A stretch of DNA of 64,000 nucleotides from an uncultured cyanobacterium (GCA_963744145.1 CAVUSO010000001.1:2176001-2240000); one strand, 5' to 3'; counted from the first letter of the stretch, positions 21,316 through 30,059 are shown. Notes: generated by a model not told the origin, from the letters alone. Translations and numbers: made by a program.

Positions 21316-21819
21316 TTAATTATTTGGCTGAAGATGCTGAGATGCTAAATTTTGTAATCCCTCACCCGTAACCCGACAAATGCGCCAGTCTGGTAAAATT
21401 GCTGCACCCAAATGTTGATAGAATTTGATGGCCGATTCATTCCAGTCTAAAACACTCCATTCCATCCTGCCACATCCTCGATCCATCGCTAATTTCGCTA
21501 CATAAGTAATTAAAGCTTTCCCAATCCCTTGACCACGATAGGTTGGTAACACAAATAAATCTTCTAGGTAAATTCCTGGTTGGGTGAGAAAGGTAGAATA
21601 ATTCGGAAAAAATAAAGCAAATCCGACTGATTCATCTGCCAATTCGGCGATAATTGCTTCAGCGTAAGGGCGATCGCTAAATAAGTGAGATTTTAAATTA
21701 TCGGCATTACCTGTAACTGCATGAGATAGTTTTTCATATTCTGCTAGTGCTTTAATTAGATTAAACAATCTAGGTATATCCGCAGGTGTTACGGTTCGCA
21801 CAATGAGATTAGATAACAT
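21316..21819 (-). CDS. GNAT N-acetyltransferase (diamine acetyltransferase-like)
   Basis: LAEYEK, YLEDLFV..YRGQGIG, MEWSVLDWN. Confidence 0.9.
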   Translation of the reverse strand: MLSNLIVRTVTPADIPRLFNLIKALAEYEKLSHAVTGNADNLKSHLFSDRPYAEAIIAELADESVGFALFFPNYSTFLTQPGIYLEDLFVLPTYRGQGIGKALITYVAKLAMDRGCGRMEWSVLDWNESAIKFYQHLGAAILPDWRICRVTGEGLQNLASQHLQPNN

Positions 21820-21874
21820 GAATCCTCCACACTATAAAAAAGATTATTCTTAGTAATCTTACCAGAAAATTAAT

Positions 21875-22456
21875 TCAGTTTGCGGCTATACCTGATCGAA
21901 ATTCCCGTAGTGCTTGAGTATGGTTTTCTAATTTAATACAGTGCATCAAAAAAGTTACATCTAAATTCGGTAAAAGTTGAGATTTAGATAAAGTTTCATA
22001 TCCATGATTTTTGAGAGTATAAAACAATAGTTGATCATTTACCCAAAACCAAACTTCAGGAATATTCAGACGTTGATATGCTTCTAATTTATCAATTCCC
22101 CCACTGGTAACAATAACTTCTATTACTAAATCAGGATTGACTCTATTTTGTCCCAATTCGTAGGATTCATCAGTTTCACGCTTAACTTTTGCAGATTCAC
22201 TTTCTAGCATCATTGAACCAGTAGGTGTAAAATCTAAACCCAGAAATTCCAGGTAAATTTCTAATAAAGCAGCAATCCGTTTTTTGATAGTTTCATGTTT
22301 TTTACCTGGCACTTTGCGAATCTCTAATACTCCATTTAAAAAAGACAGTCTCACACCTGGACGATTAATAAGCTGCTCGACTGCTTTGAATTCTTGCCAG
22401 GTTAATTCGTCAATTAAAATTGGTTCCGGTTCTCGTTCAATGAGTGTAACTGTCAT
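21875..22456 (-). CDS. Uma2 family (PD-(D/E)xK-like) endonuclease
   Basis: PDLVIEV, DKLEAY, IPEVWFW. Confidence 0.88.
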   Translation of the reverse strand: MTVTLIEREPEPILIDELTWQEFKAVEQLINRPGVRLSFLNGVLEIRKVPGKKHETIKKRIAALLEIYLEFLGLDFTPTGSMMLESESAKVKRETDESYELGQNRVNPDLVIEVIVTSGGIDKLEAYQRLNIPEVWFWVNDQLLFYTLKNHGYETLSKSQLLPNLDVTFLMHCIKLENHTQALREFRSGIAAN

Positions 22457-22552
22457 TAGTCAATTACTTATACACTTAATTTTACATATTATCATATTAG
22501 GGGTACTATATTATTGGTAAACTATAAAAAATAACCATTAGACATCTTGCTG

Positions 22553-22585
22553 AAATAACTAGGACAGACAAGATGTCTGTCCCAC
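22553..22585 (-). repeat. GTGG-type REP-like palindrome, family B
   Basis: aaataactaggacagacaagatgtctgtcccac; other copies at 55738, 55791 and 58282. Confidence 0.8.
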
Positions 22586-22597
22586 TATGATGAAAGA

Positions 22598-22624
22598 CAT
22601 GAGAAAATTGTTCTATGGCAGTAA
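22598..22624 (+). pseudogene. Possible 3' remnant of xisH
   Basis: HEKIVLWQ* overlaps the xisI ATG, as XisH C-termini typically do. Confidence 0.45.
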
Positions 22625-22947
22625 TACAATATCGTAAAATCATTCAAGATTTAATTTTAGCAAGGGGACAAAGGCAATTGTCCTCAACAGAAATTGAGAC
22701 CCAAGCTATTTTAGATACTGAGCGCGATCACTATCTGATCTTGCATACAGGTTGGCGTGATAATTATCGGACTCATGGATGTAGTTTACATCTTGATATC
22801 AAAGATGGTAAGATCTGGATACAACATGACGGGACTGAGGTTGGTATTGCTAATTTACTGGTTGAACAAGGAGTGCCTAAAGAAGATATAGTATTAGCAT
22901 TTCACTCTCCTTATATGCGCCAATTTACTGAGTTTGCTACTGATTAA
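22615..22947 (+). CDS. xisI: XisI family protein
   Basis: DHYL..GW, HLDIKDGKIWIQHDGTE, GVPKEDIVLAFH. Confidence 0.92.
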   Translation: MAVIQYRKIIQDLILARGQRQLSSTEIETQAILDTERDHYLILHTGWRDNYRTHGCSLHLDIKDGKIWIQHDGTEVGIANLLVEQGVPKEDIVLAFHSPYMRQFTEFATD

Positions 22948-22984
22948 AATCACGATAATTTATTAATTATTATCCCCCAAATAT

Positions 22985-23680
22985 ATGTCTAAATCATTGA
23001 TTTCTCAATTTAAAACTCCTCAAAATTTACCACCTTTAGCAAATGGCGATCGCCTAAATCGTCAGGAATTTGAACGTCGTTATAAGGCAATGCCCGAAAT
23101 AAGAAAAGCTGAACTAATTGAAGGAATTGTTTACATGGCATCACCCTTACGTTTCAAACCCCATGCTGAACCACATGGTAATATTATCGGTTGGTTATGG
23201 ACATACAAAATCGCCACACCTCAAGTAGAAATGGGAATTGAGCCAACAGTACGTTTGGATAGTGATAATGAACCTCAACCAGATGGTGTATTATTAATTA
23301 GTGGCGGACACTCAACCTTGAGCGAAGATGGATACTTGGAAGGAGCGCCAGAATTAGTAGTAGAAATTGCTGCGAGTAGTGCCGCGATCGATCTAGGAAA
23401 TAAAAAACGTGCTTATCGACGAAATGGTATTCAAGAATACATCATTTGGCAGGTATTTGAACAGAAAATCGATTGGTTTAGCTTACAAGATGGTGATTAT
23501 ATTTCTTTGAACCCAAATGAACAGGGGATTATTTGCTCAGAGGTATTTCCGGGATTATGGTTAGATATTTCAGCTATATTGCAAGGAAATATGCAGCAAG
23601 TATTAGCAATTCTGCAACTTGGAATTAATTCGGAGGAGCATCAAGTTTTTGGGCAAAAATTAAGAAAAAAAAAGGTTTAA
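22985..23680 (+). CDS. Uma2 family endonuclease
   Basis: GDRL..EFERRY, ELIEG, EPQPD, PELVVEI, GIQEY. Confidence 0.9.
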   Translation: MSKSLISQFKTPQNLPPLANGDRLNRQEFERRYKAMPEIRKAELIEGIVYMASPLRFKPHAEPHGNIIGWLWTYKIATPQVEMGIEPTVRLDSDNEPQPDGVLLISGGHSTLSEDGYLEGAPELVVEIAASSAAIDLGNKKRAYRRNGIQEYIIWQVFEQKIDWFSLQDGDYISLNPNEQGIICSEVFPGLWLDISAILQGNMQQVLAILQLGINSEEHQVFGQKLRKKKV

Positions 23681-23684
23681 AATG

Positions 23685-23821
23685 CAATCCAATTCAGTTA
23701 ATTGTAGGGGCGAAGCATTCGGGCGATAATTTATCACTTAAATCCGTTAATACTATATCCGAATGCTTCGCCCAGTTCTTCGCCGAGATTCTCCCAAAAT
23801 CTCTTTAACTGAACCATATTG
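23685..23821 (+). mobile_element. MITE-like element (137 bp), 17-bp imperfect TIRs with an internal GTAG-REP hairpin
   Basis: caatccaattcagttaa ... gtaggggcgaagcattcgg..ccgaatgcttcgccc ... ttaactgaaccatattg. Confidence 0.7.
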
Positions 23822-23833
23822 AATTATATAACA

Positions 23834-23967
23834 CAATCCTGTTCAGTTAAGAATATTTTTGAAGATCTCAGCAGCAGAAGGGTGAAGCATTCGGGTATAA
23901 TATTGCTGGTTTAATCGCTCAATTGTCGCCCGAATGCTTCACCCCTACACTTAACTGAACCATATTG
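23834..23967 (-). mobile_element. Second MITE-like copy (134 bp), core inverted, flanked by the 12-bp direct repeat aattatataaca
   Basis: caatcctgttcagttaag ... ccgaatgcttcacccctac..cttaactgaaccatattg; direct repeat at 23822-23833 and 23968-23979. Confidence 0.7.
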
Positions 23968-24018
23968 AATTATATAACAATGATTAACCCTCAACAAATA
24001 ATTAGGGAGAATTAAACA

Positions 24019-24621
24019 ATGATTTCACTTTTAGATAAACCCTTTAGTGCGTTAACAGAAGAAAAACTGGTAGTTTTACCAAACATCTCCTGGGCACAAT
24101 TCAAAGCTATAGAAGCACAGTTAGAAAACAACACTGGTGTCAAACTTTCCTATTTATCAGGAGTAATGGAAATTATGGCTCCGATTAGCGATCGGCACGA
24201 ATTTGTAAAAACAACTCTTAGCTATTTATTAGAAGCTTATATGAGAGAAAAAGGTATCCGATTTTATGGTCGTGGTGGATTTACACTAGAAGAAGAAGGG
24301 AAAGCTTCCGGTACTCCCGACGAGTCTTATTGTATTAATAGCAATAAAGAAACTCCTGATATTGTCATTGAAATTATCATTACCAGTGGGTCAATAAATA
24401 AATGGGATTTATACAAACCTAAAAGAGTCCCTGAAGTCTGGTTTTGGAAATCTAACCAAATAAGAATATTTCGTTTTAATGAAGAATCTAGTGAATACAA
24501 CGAAGTTTCCCGTAGTGCTTTTTTTCCCGATCTAGATTTAGATTTATTACTACAATACCTTGCATATCCTGATCAATATGATGCTATCAATGAATTTATT
24601 CGGGCTACTCGCAAAGAATAA
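24019..24621 (+). CDS. Uma2 family endonuclease
   Basis: ISWAQF, PDESY, PDIVIEI, VPEVWFW. Confidence 0.88.
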   Translation: MISLLDKPFSALTEEKLVVLPNISWAQFKAIEAQLENNTGVKLSYLSGVMEIMAPISDRHEFVKTTLSYLLEAYMREKGIRFYGRGGFTLEEEGKASGTPDESYCINSNKETPDIVIEIIITSGSINKWDLYKPKRVPEVWFWKSNQIRIFRFNEESSEYNEVSRSAFFPDLDLDLLLQYLAYPDQYDAINEFIRATRKE

Positions 24622-24667
24622 AAATACACAGCAATCCTGGTCAAATTTAGGATAAATTGCGACTGGA

Positions 24668-25495
24668 TTAATTTTGGCAATAACTTTTCACATGCTCTCG
24701 AAAAACCGGAGATAAATTAAATAAAATTTTCTCTCCTTCTATTGGTTTGAGCAAATAGCGTTTTCTCAAAGATTGTAACCCATTAATCAATTCCACCGAT
24801 GAGCAGGATAATGATTGGGTTAAATTTTCCCTTGATCTTGGTTGATCAGATTTACTCAATTCTACCACAATCTGTTGTTCTATAGGAGATAATCGATCGA
24901 ATAATTCATTGAACCGAAATTTAATATCTTCAGTTAAGAGCAAATTATCCTCCGTTAAAAATTCAGCCACCTTACCCAGAAAAATATTCCTAATTAAAAT
25001 AGCAATATCTTTTAAATAAACTGGATTACCTTCATATAAATCAATCAGTTTTGACCAGGTTGCTTCATCTTTTAATCCCAAGTTATTCAAAATTTCTGGA
25101 TGATCTAAACCTGCTAACTCCAAAGACTTAACGGGATATAATTCCTCATCTAAGCAAAGCATTTCTTGACATTGTTCTTGACTAATTAAAATCAAACTAC
25201 TTTGATGTTCAATTTCGGTTATTTTTGTAAAAAAACTCTTATAGTCTTTAGATTCAGGTTGGTATTGTCCGGCAAATTGTCCAATGGTAAATAGTTCTTG
25301 CACATCATCAAGGATAATTAAACATCTTTGCTGACGGAAAAGATTAAACAATTGGGTTAATTTATGATCAGATTGAATAGGATCGGGATTAATAGCTGTT
25401 AAAATTTCACTAATAATGGTATCTAAAGAATGGGATAGTTTGATGCTTTTCCAGATGACTACATCAAATTGTTGTAGATTTAGGTCAACAAACGA
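24668..25495 (-). pseudogene. 5'-truncated NB-ARC/STAND-like ATPase with C-terminal winged helix
   Basis: FDVVIWKS, CLIILDD (Walker B), YEGNP (GxP), LSPIEQQ; no Walker A; the track's N-terminus is the antisense of the neighbouring ORF. Confidence 0.7.
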
Positions 25496-26006
25496 GTATC
25501 CAACCGATCCTGTAGAAGATTTGGTATTCAAAACTAAGCAAATGATTGCTGTTCCTGAAAGGTTAGCAATGACTACAGGTGCATCAGCAGTTCTTGGTAC
25601 TTTTGGTGCTGTTATTGGCGGAATTATAGGTGCTGCAATCACAGGGTTTTTGAGTGGTGGTTTAGCTATAATTCCAGGTGCAATTGAGGGAGCAAAAATA
25701 TTTGGTGCAGTAGGAGGAGCTTTAGGAAGTTTTGCTGTATTTTCTGATAGCGATGATCAATTAAATATAACCATGACACCAGCACAAATTGAGGATAATG
25801 TTAAAAAATTATTAGCTATCGTCTGGGGACTTGAGCATAATGGTTTTGGTCGTGGTAAAGATTTGTCTGAAGAGGAAGCTAAGAATATGAAAAGTCAGAT
25901 TGAAGAATTAAGCGCTAAACAAAAGATTGATGATTGGACTAAGGTAAATCGAAGAATAATTATCAAGTATTGTCAGGATATTCTCACTGAATTGGAAAAT
26001 TATTAA
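25495..26006 (+). pseudogene. Probable 5'-truncated protein with a glycine-zipper membrane segment
   Basis: GAVIGGIIGAAITG..GAVGGALG; upstream of about 25495 the ORF is the antisense of the NB-ARC remnant. Confidence 0.55.
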
Positions 26007-26085
26007 TCGCTATAAAGTTCAATTAAAATAGAATTAATTTACTTAAGAAATAGAAATTAAATAATTAGCTTGCTTGCCGTGAGCA

Positions 26086-26134
26086 CCCTTCGACTACGCC
26101 CCCTTCGATTTCGCTCAGATAAACTCAGGGCAAG
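26086..26134 (+). repeat. Self-nested cttcgactacgctcag-type repeat, family C, copy 1
   Basis: cccttcgactacg[cccccttcgatttcgctcagataaa]ctcagggcaag; second copy at 29848-29898. Confidence 0.75.
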
Positions 26135-26233
26135 CCTCAGTGACCAAGATCAGTATCAATCTGACCTAGCTTAACTAAACCGGATTGAACTATCAGGTCG
26201 ATCGACTCAATCGATTTGATTCATAAATGACCG

Positions 26234-26306
26234 AGGGCAAAGCATTTCGGTCCTAGTTCTCTCCTGTTTAGTCCATCTTTGATCTGCCGAAATGCTTTGC
26301 CCCTAC
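26234..26306 (-). repeat. GTAG-REP long hairpin
   Basis: gggcaaagcatttcgg ... ccgaaatgctttgcccctac; inverted partner at 29685-29757. Confidence 0.8.
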
Positions 26307-26396
26307 AAATCCGGATAAAATTCTGTTTAGTCTAATCTGGTTCAGTTAAGCATAGGGACGTTCCCATAGCGTGCCGTAGGCGATCGCCTAATATCC

Positions 26397-26429
26397 AGAT
26401 TAGCATAATTGCACAGTGATCAATATGGT
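26397..26429 (+). repeat. 33-bp direct repeat, left copy
   Basis: agattagcataattgcacagtgatcaatatggt; 32/33 match at 29897-29929. Confidence 0.9.
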
Positions 26430-26433
26430 ATAG

Positions 26434-26568
26434 TCATTCAGTGGCTAGCGAATTACGAATTGCTTGGACATCTTTTTCTAAATCTTCTTCTGGATAAATA
26501 AACATCGGATATTTTAAAGACAGATAATAGTCTAAAGATTTATGTTATAGTGGCGAATTAGTTTTCAT
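26434..26568 (-). pseudogene. HicB-like antitoxin remnant (internal stop and internal deletion)
   Basis: Translates as MKTNSPL*HKSLDYYLSLKYPMFIYPEEDLEKDVQAIRNSLATE*; LDYYLSLKYP..IYPEE resembles a HicB N-terminus. Confidence 0.55.
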
Positions 26569-26599
26569 ATAACCTAGTATATTTGATCGATTGCAATGC

Positions 26600-26983
26600 T
26601 TACCATTCAATATCTATAGTGTAATTAGAAAACACAGGATCTCGGCTAACTAAAATAGCATTTTCGGACTTCCCTTGTGCAATTAATAATCGATCAAAAG
26701 GATCTTTATGGTATAAGGGTAGTTGATCTAAGGCTAGAATATGATTCACTTGAACAGTGATAAACTCTATCCCATTTTTTCGCTGATTGTTAATAATCTT
26801 TGCTAAAGGCTGATTTAACGTTAATTTCCCCAACTGGGTTTTAATTTGTATTTCCCATAGAGTTACAACACTTACTAAACGAATATTTTCTTGATTTAAC
26901 AATAACTCAAGTGCTTTTTTTGACAGCTTGGATGGGTCGCTATCCCACCAAATAAAAGTATGAGTATCTAAGAGTAATTTCAT
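26600..26983 (-). CDS. vapC: VapC/PIN domain toxin
   Basis: MKLLLDTHTFIWW, WEIQIK..LGKL, HKDPFDRLLIAQ; TGATG overlap with the upstream antitoxin. Confidence 0.9.
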   Translation of the reverse strand: MKLLLDTHTFIWWDSDPSKLSKKALELLLNQENIRLVSVVTLWEIQIKTQLGKLTLNQPLAKIINNQRKNGIEFITVQVNHILALDQLPLYHKDPFDRLLIAQGKSENAILVSRDPVFSNYTIDIEW

Positions 26984-27216
26984 CACGACCAAAATTCATC
27001 TGGTAAAGGTTCATCAAAATCGTCACTCATTACCATTGCACCTAAGTTTAATCCAGCTTTAGGCACAATTTTCTCCTGAAGATGATTGATAGAAATCACT
27101 TTTGCCAAAGGAATATCTCCATCAGTCAAAACTATTTCTGTATGATCTTGTACTAAGGATAGCAAATCTATTACACTGATAGAAATTTGCTGAATATCAA
27201 GCGTTTTTTTTAACAT
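26983..27216 (-). CDS. Antitoxin (Phd/DUF2281-like) of the VapC module
   Basis: 77 aa, translationally coupled to vapC, C-terminal MSDDFDEPLPDEFW. Confidence 0.8.
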   Translation of the reverse strand: MLKKTLDIQQISISVIDLLSLVQDHTEIVLTDGDIPLAKVISINHLQEKIVPKAGLNLGAMVMSDDFDEPLPDEFWS

Positions 27217-27546
27217 TTTTACTCCTCGAAATTATTTATTTCTATGTTAGGTTACTTTAGTCTGGTCTCGGTAATATCACCATTATAACATAAACTTGTG
27301 GGGCGTGATCGTACTCATAACAAAAACGACGTAACCCCAATTCAAAATCAGATAATTCTCCGAGAGTATCGTTAGGTGCTAAGGAATATTTTTCTAAATT
27401 GCGATCGCCAATCTTAAAACTAAAATTATTTCTTCTTGTCATCTGCTCTTACCTCGTTTTTTTAATATTTGTGGCGATCGCACCCAAATCCCAGATCACC
27501 CCGATTATGCTAGAATTTTCATATTAATGTTTTCACAAATAAGAAA

Positions 27547-28941
27547 ATGCTAACTTACATCAAAATCAATGGTTTTAAATCATTTCATAATTTTGAGATG
27601 GAATTTACACCTTTAACTATCATTGCTGGAGTAAACGCATCGGGAAAAAGCAATTTATTTGATGCTTTACAACTTTTGGTAAATTTGGCAGAAACAGACT
27701 TGAAAACAGCTTTTCGCCAACAGCGCGGCGATCCAAAAGAACTTTTTACTCAATTTGGAGAAAATCAATATGTTTCAGAAATGGAATTTATTGTCGAAAT
27801 GTTAGTTAATCGTACAGTACAAGATAATTGGGGTAAGAAAGCCACTCTTAAGTATACACGCTTACGATATAAATTAGAAATTAGAAGAGTGATCAATAAA
27901 AGAAATGTTGAGGAATTGCTAATAGTCAATGAAAATTTGGACACTTTAAGGAATACTAAGGATGATTGGTTAAAACAGTATATTCCTAAAGATTTTATAG
28001 AAACCTGGCGACCAAAAATAAGACCAGGAAGCCAAGGCAAATTTTACATTAAATCCGATGATGCTAAAATTGTAGTTACCAAAGATGGAGAAGCTAGAGA
28101 AGACAAAGAATTCTCTGCAAAAAAAGTATTGCAAACTGCTTTAAGTAATATCAATTCGGTGGACTATCCCCATGTTTTTGCAGTCAAGGAAGAAATGCTG
28201 AGTTGGAAATTCTTACAACTAAATCCGGAAGAGTTGCGTCAACCTACGCGCAAAGATATTGCTGTACAAGATAAAATTACATCAAGTGGAAAAAATTTAG
28301 CTGCTGCGTTGTATCGGATTAAACAAGATGATGAATATAACTTGATAGAAATATCTCGTACCCTAAATAATATCTTGCCTAACATAACAGAAGTTAATGT
28401 TTATGATGACGAAGCTAACCAACAATATATGATTAAAATTAAAGGAGATGATGGCAGAGAATTTTCATCGAGAGTGCTTTCAGAAGGTACGCTAAGGTTA
28501 TTAGCATTGTGTATTCTTTTATATGACAGTAAACATACAGGTTTGCTATGTTTTGAAGAACCTGAAAATGGGGTACATCCTTTTCGGATTAAAGATATAG
28601 CAAAGTTGTTGAAGAATTTAACGGTAGATTTTGCCAATTCTGAAATGCCTTTGCGCCAAGTGATTGTAAATACCCATTCATCTGTATTGATTGGCGAATT
28701 AATTCAATGGCAAAATGATAAAAATGTTAGTATTTGGTTAGCACAAATGAATAGTTTAATCACTGAGATCGAGGGAAAAAGAACTAAGTTAAGAATTACC
28801 AAAATTCTTCCTGTTGCTAAAGAAAAAGAACCAAAAGACACTTTATCATTTAGTGAACAGGAACGCAAGCTGACCTTAAAAAAAGTTATCGAATATTTAG
28901 AAACTGCTGATCCTAAAAACGCGATCGAGGCTATTCAATGA
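27547..28941 (+). CDS. ABC-type (AAA_21-like) ATPase
   Basis: INGFKS, GVNASGKSN (Walker A), LSEGT signature, CFEEPENGVHP (Walker B/D-loop), NTHS (H-loop). Confidence 0.9.
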   Translation: MLTYIKINGFKSFHNFEMEFTPLTIIAGVNASGKSNLFDALQLLVNLAETDLKTAFRQQRGDPKELFTQFGENQYVSEMEFIVEMLVNRTVQDNWGKKATLKYTRLRYKLEIRRVINKRNVEELLIVNENLDTLRNTKDDWLKQYIPKDFIETWRPKIRPGSQGKFYIKSDDAKIVVTKDGEAREDKEFSAKKVLQTALSNINSVDYPHVFAVKEEMLSWKFLQLNPEELRQPTRKDIAVQDKITSSGKNLAAALYRIKQDDEYNLIEISRTLNNILPNITEVNVYDDEANQQYMIKIKGDDGREFSSRVLSEGTLRLLALCILLYDSKHTGLLCFEEPENGVHPFRIKDIAKLLKNLTVDFANSEMPLRQVIVNTHSSVLIGELIQWQNDKNVSIWLAQMNSLITEIEGKRTKLRITKILPVAKEKEPKDTLSFSEQERKLTLKKVIEYLETADPKNAIEAIQ

Positions 28942-29600
28942 CTCACCAGATAATTATTGCATTTGCTACCGAAGGATCTACAGATAAACGCTTTTTGGAA
29001 AGTGTGATTAAACGTACATTTGAAGACGTTGCTATCGACTGTCTGCAAGAGCTAGAAATTTTTGACCCTATTCATATTGAAAAAGTCATAGGAAGGATTG
29101 AAGAAAAAGCTTTAGATTATGCTCTTCAAGCGTTAGACAATGGAGCAAGCATATTATGTATTCATGTTGATGCAGATGATCGCACAGATGAAAAAGCATT
29201 TAATGAACGCATTGATCCCGCTTTTGAGAAGATTAGAAACACGGAAACAGAACTTTGTAAAAATTTAGTGGCTATTGTTCCAGTCCAAATGACTGAAGCA
29301 TGGATGTTAGCAGATAAAGAATTACTAAAACGCCAATTAGGTACAAATAAAAATGATGAGGAGTTAGGAATTAATAAAAACCCTGAAGATTTTTCCGATC
29401 CTAAAGAAATTATCGAATCAGCAATTCGAGAAGCTAAAAATCAGAGAACTAAACGTCAACGTTGCGAATTGACTATTGGTGAATTGTATCAGCCGATCGG
29501 AGAAAAAATACAATTAAACAAACTGGATATTTTACCTTCTTATCAAAAGTTTAAAGAAGCTGTAAGAAATTCTTTTAAAAAATTGGGTTATTTGCACTGA
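28938..29600 (+). CDS. DUF4276-like protein with TOPRIM-type motifs
   Basis: ATGA overlap with the ATPase; TEGSTD, HVDAD and TEAWMLAD motifs. Confidence 0.75.
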   Translation: MTHQIIIAFATEGSTDKRFLESVIKRTFEDVAIDCLQELEIFDPIHIEKVIGRIEEKALDYALQALDNGASILCIHVDADDRTDEKAFNERIDPAFEKIRNTETELCKNLVAIVPVQMTEAWMLADKELLKRQLGTNKNDEELGINKNPEDFSDPKEIIESAIREAKNQRTKRQRCELTIGELYQPIGEKIQLNKLDILPSYQKFKEAVRNSFKKLGYLH

Positions 29601-29665
29601 TTAATATTGATCTATCGGTGGGCGCACCATCCTATAAGAATATCGTGTTTTTTTAGATTATATAG

Positions 29666-29769
29666 CAATACGGTTCAGTTAGCTGTAGGGGCAAAGCATT
29701 TCGGCGCGTAAATGATGGCCTAAACGCCGAATAATATGACCGAAATGCTTTGCCCTCACCATTTATGAA
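29666..29769 (+). repeat. TIR (caatacggttcagtta) plus GTAG-REP hairpin, same family as 23685 and 26234
   Basis: gtaggggcaaagcatttcgg ... ccgaaatgctttgccctcaccatttatgaa. Confidence 0.75.
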
Positions 29770-29847
29770 GCTAACAGATCAACCATATATATTAAAATTA
29801 AATTAAAACCAAAATGTTACTTTGGCGACTTACGTTTACTTCGACGC

Positions 29848-29929
29848 CCCTTCGACTACGCCCCCTTCGACTACGCGAGCGGGTAAACTCAGGGCAAGAT
29901 TAGCATAATTACACAGTGATCAATATGGT
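29848..29929 (+). repeat. Family C nested repeat copy 2 joined to the right copy of the 33-bp direct repeat (29897-29929)
   Basis: cccttcgactacgcccccttcgactacg...aaactcagggcaagattagcataattacacagtgatcaatatggt. Confidence 0.85.
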
Positions 29930-29938
29930 GAGCAAATT

Positions 29939-30044
29939 CTAGGACTTACCCAAAGAAACTAGGTCTCTGGTCAAAATCTTGGTTGGTGACTTAGATATTT
30001 ACTGGAGCAACCTAGTTTCTAATCTGGGATGGTATAAGTCCTAG
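29939..30044. mobile_element. Degenerate MITE-like element (106 bp)
   Basis: 10-bp TIR ctaggactta/taagtcctag; internal stem agaaactaggt/acctagtttct. Confidence 0.6.
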
Positions 30045-30059
30045 CGCAAATAGCCAAAT

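Noticed and set aside
23685..23979. CRISPR-like repeat-spacer-repeat (29-bp repeat x2)
   Set aside because: Only two copies, the spacer is over 100 bp and itself a repeat, and there are no cas genes; explained by MITE ends.
27257..27442. 61-aa ORF upstream of the antitoxin
   Set aside because: No recognisable family; crosses a HIP1 site and is probably a chimera of fragments.
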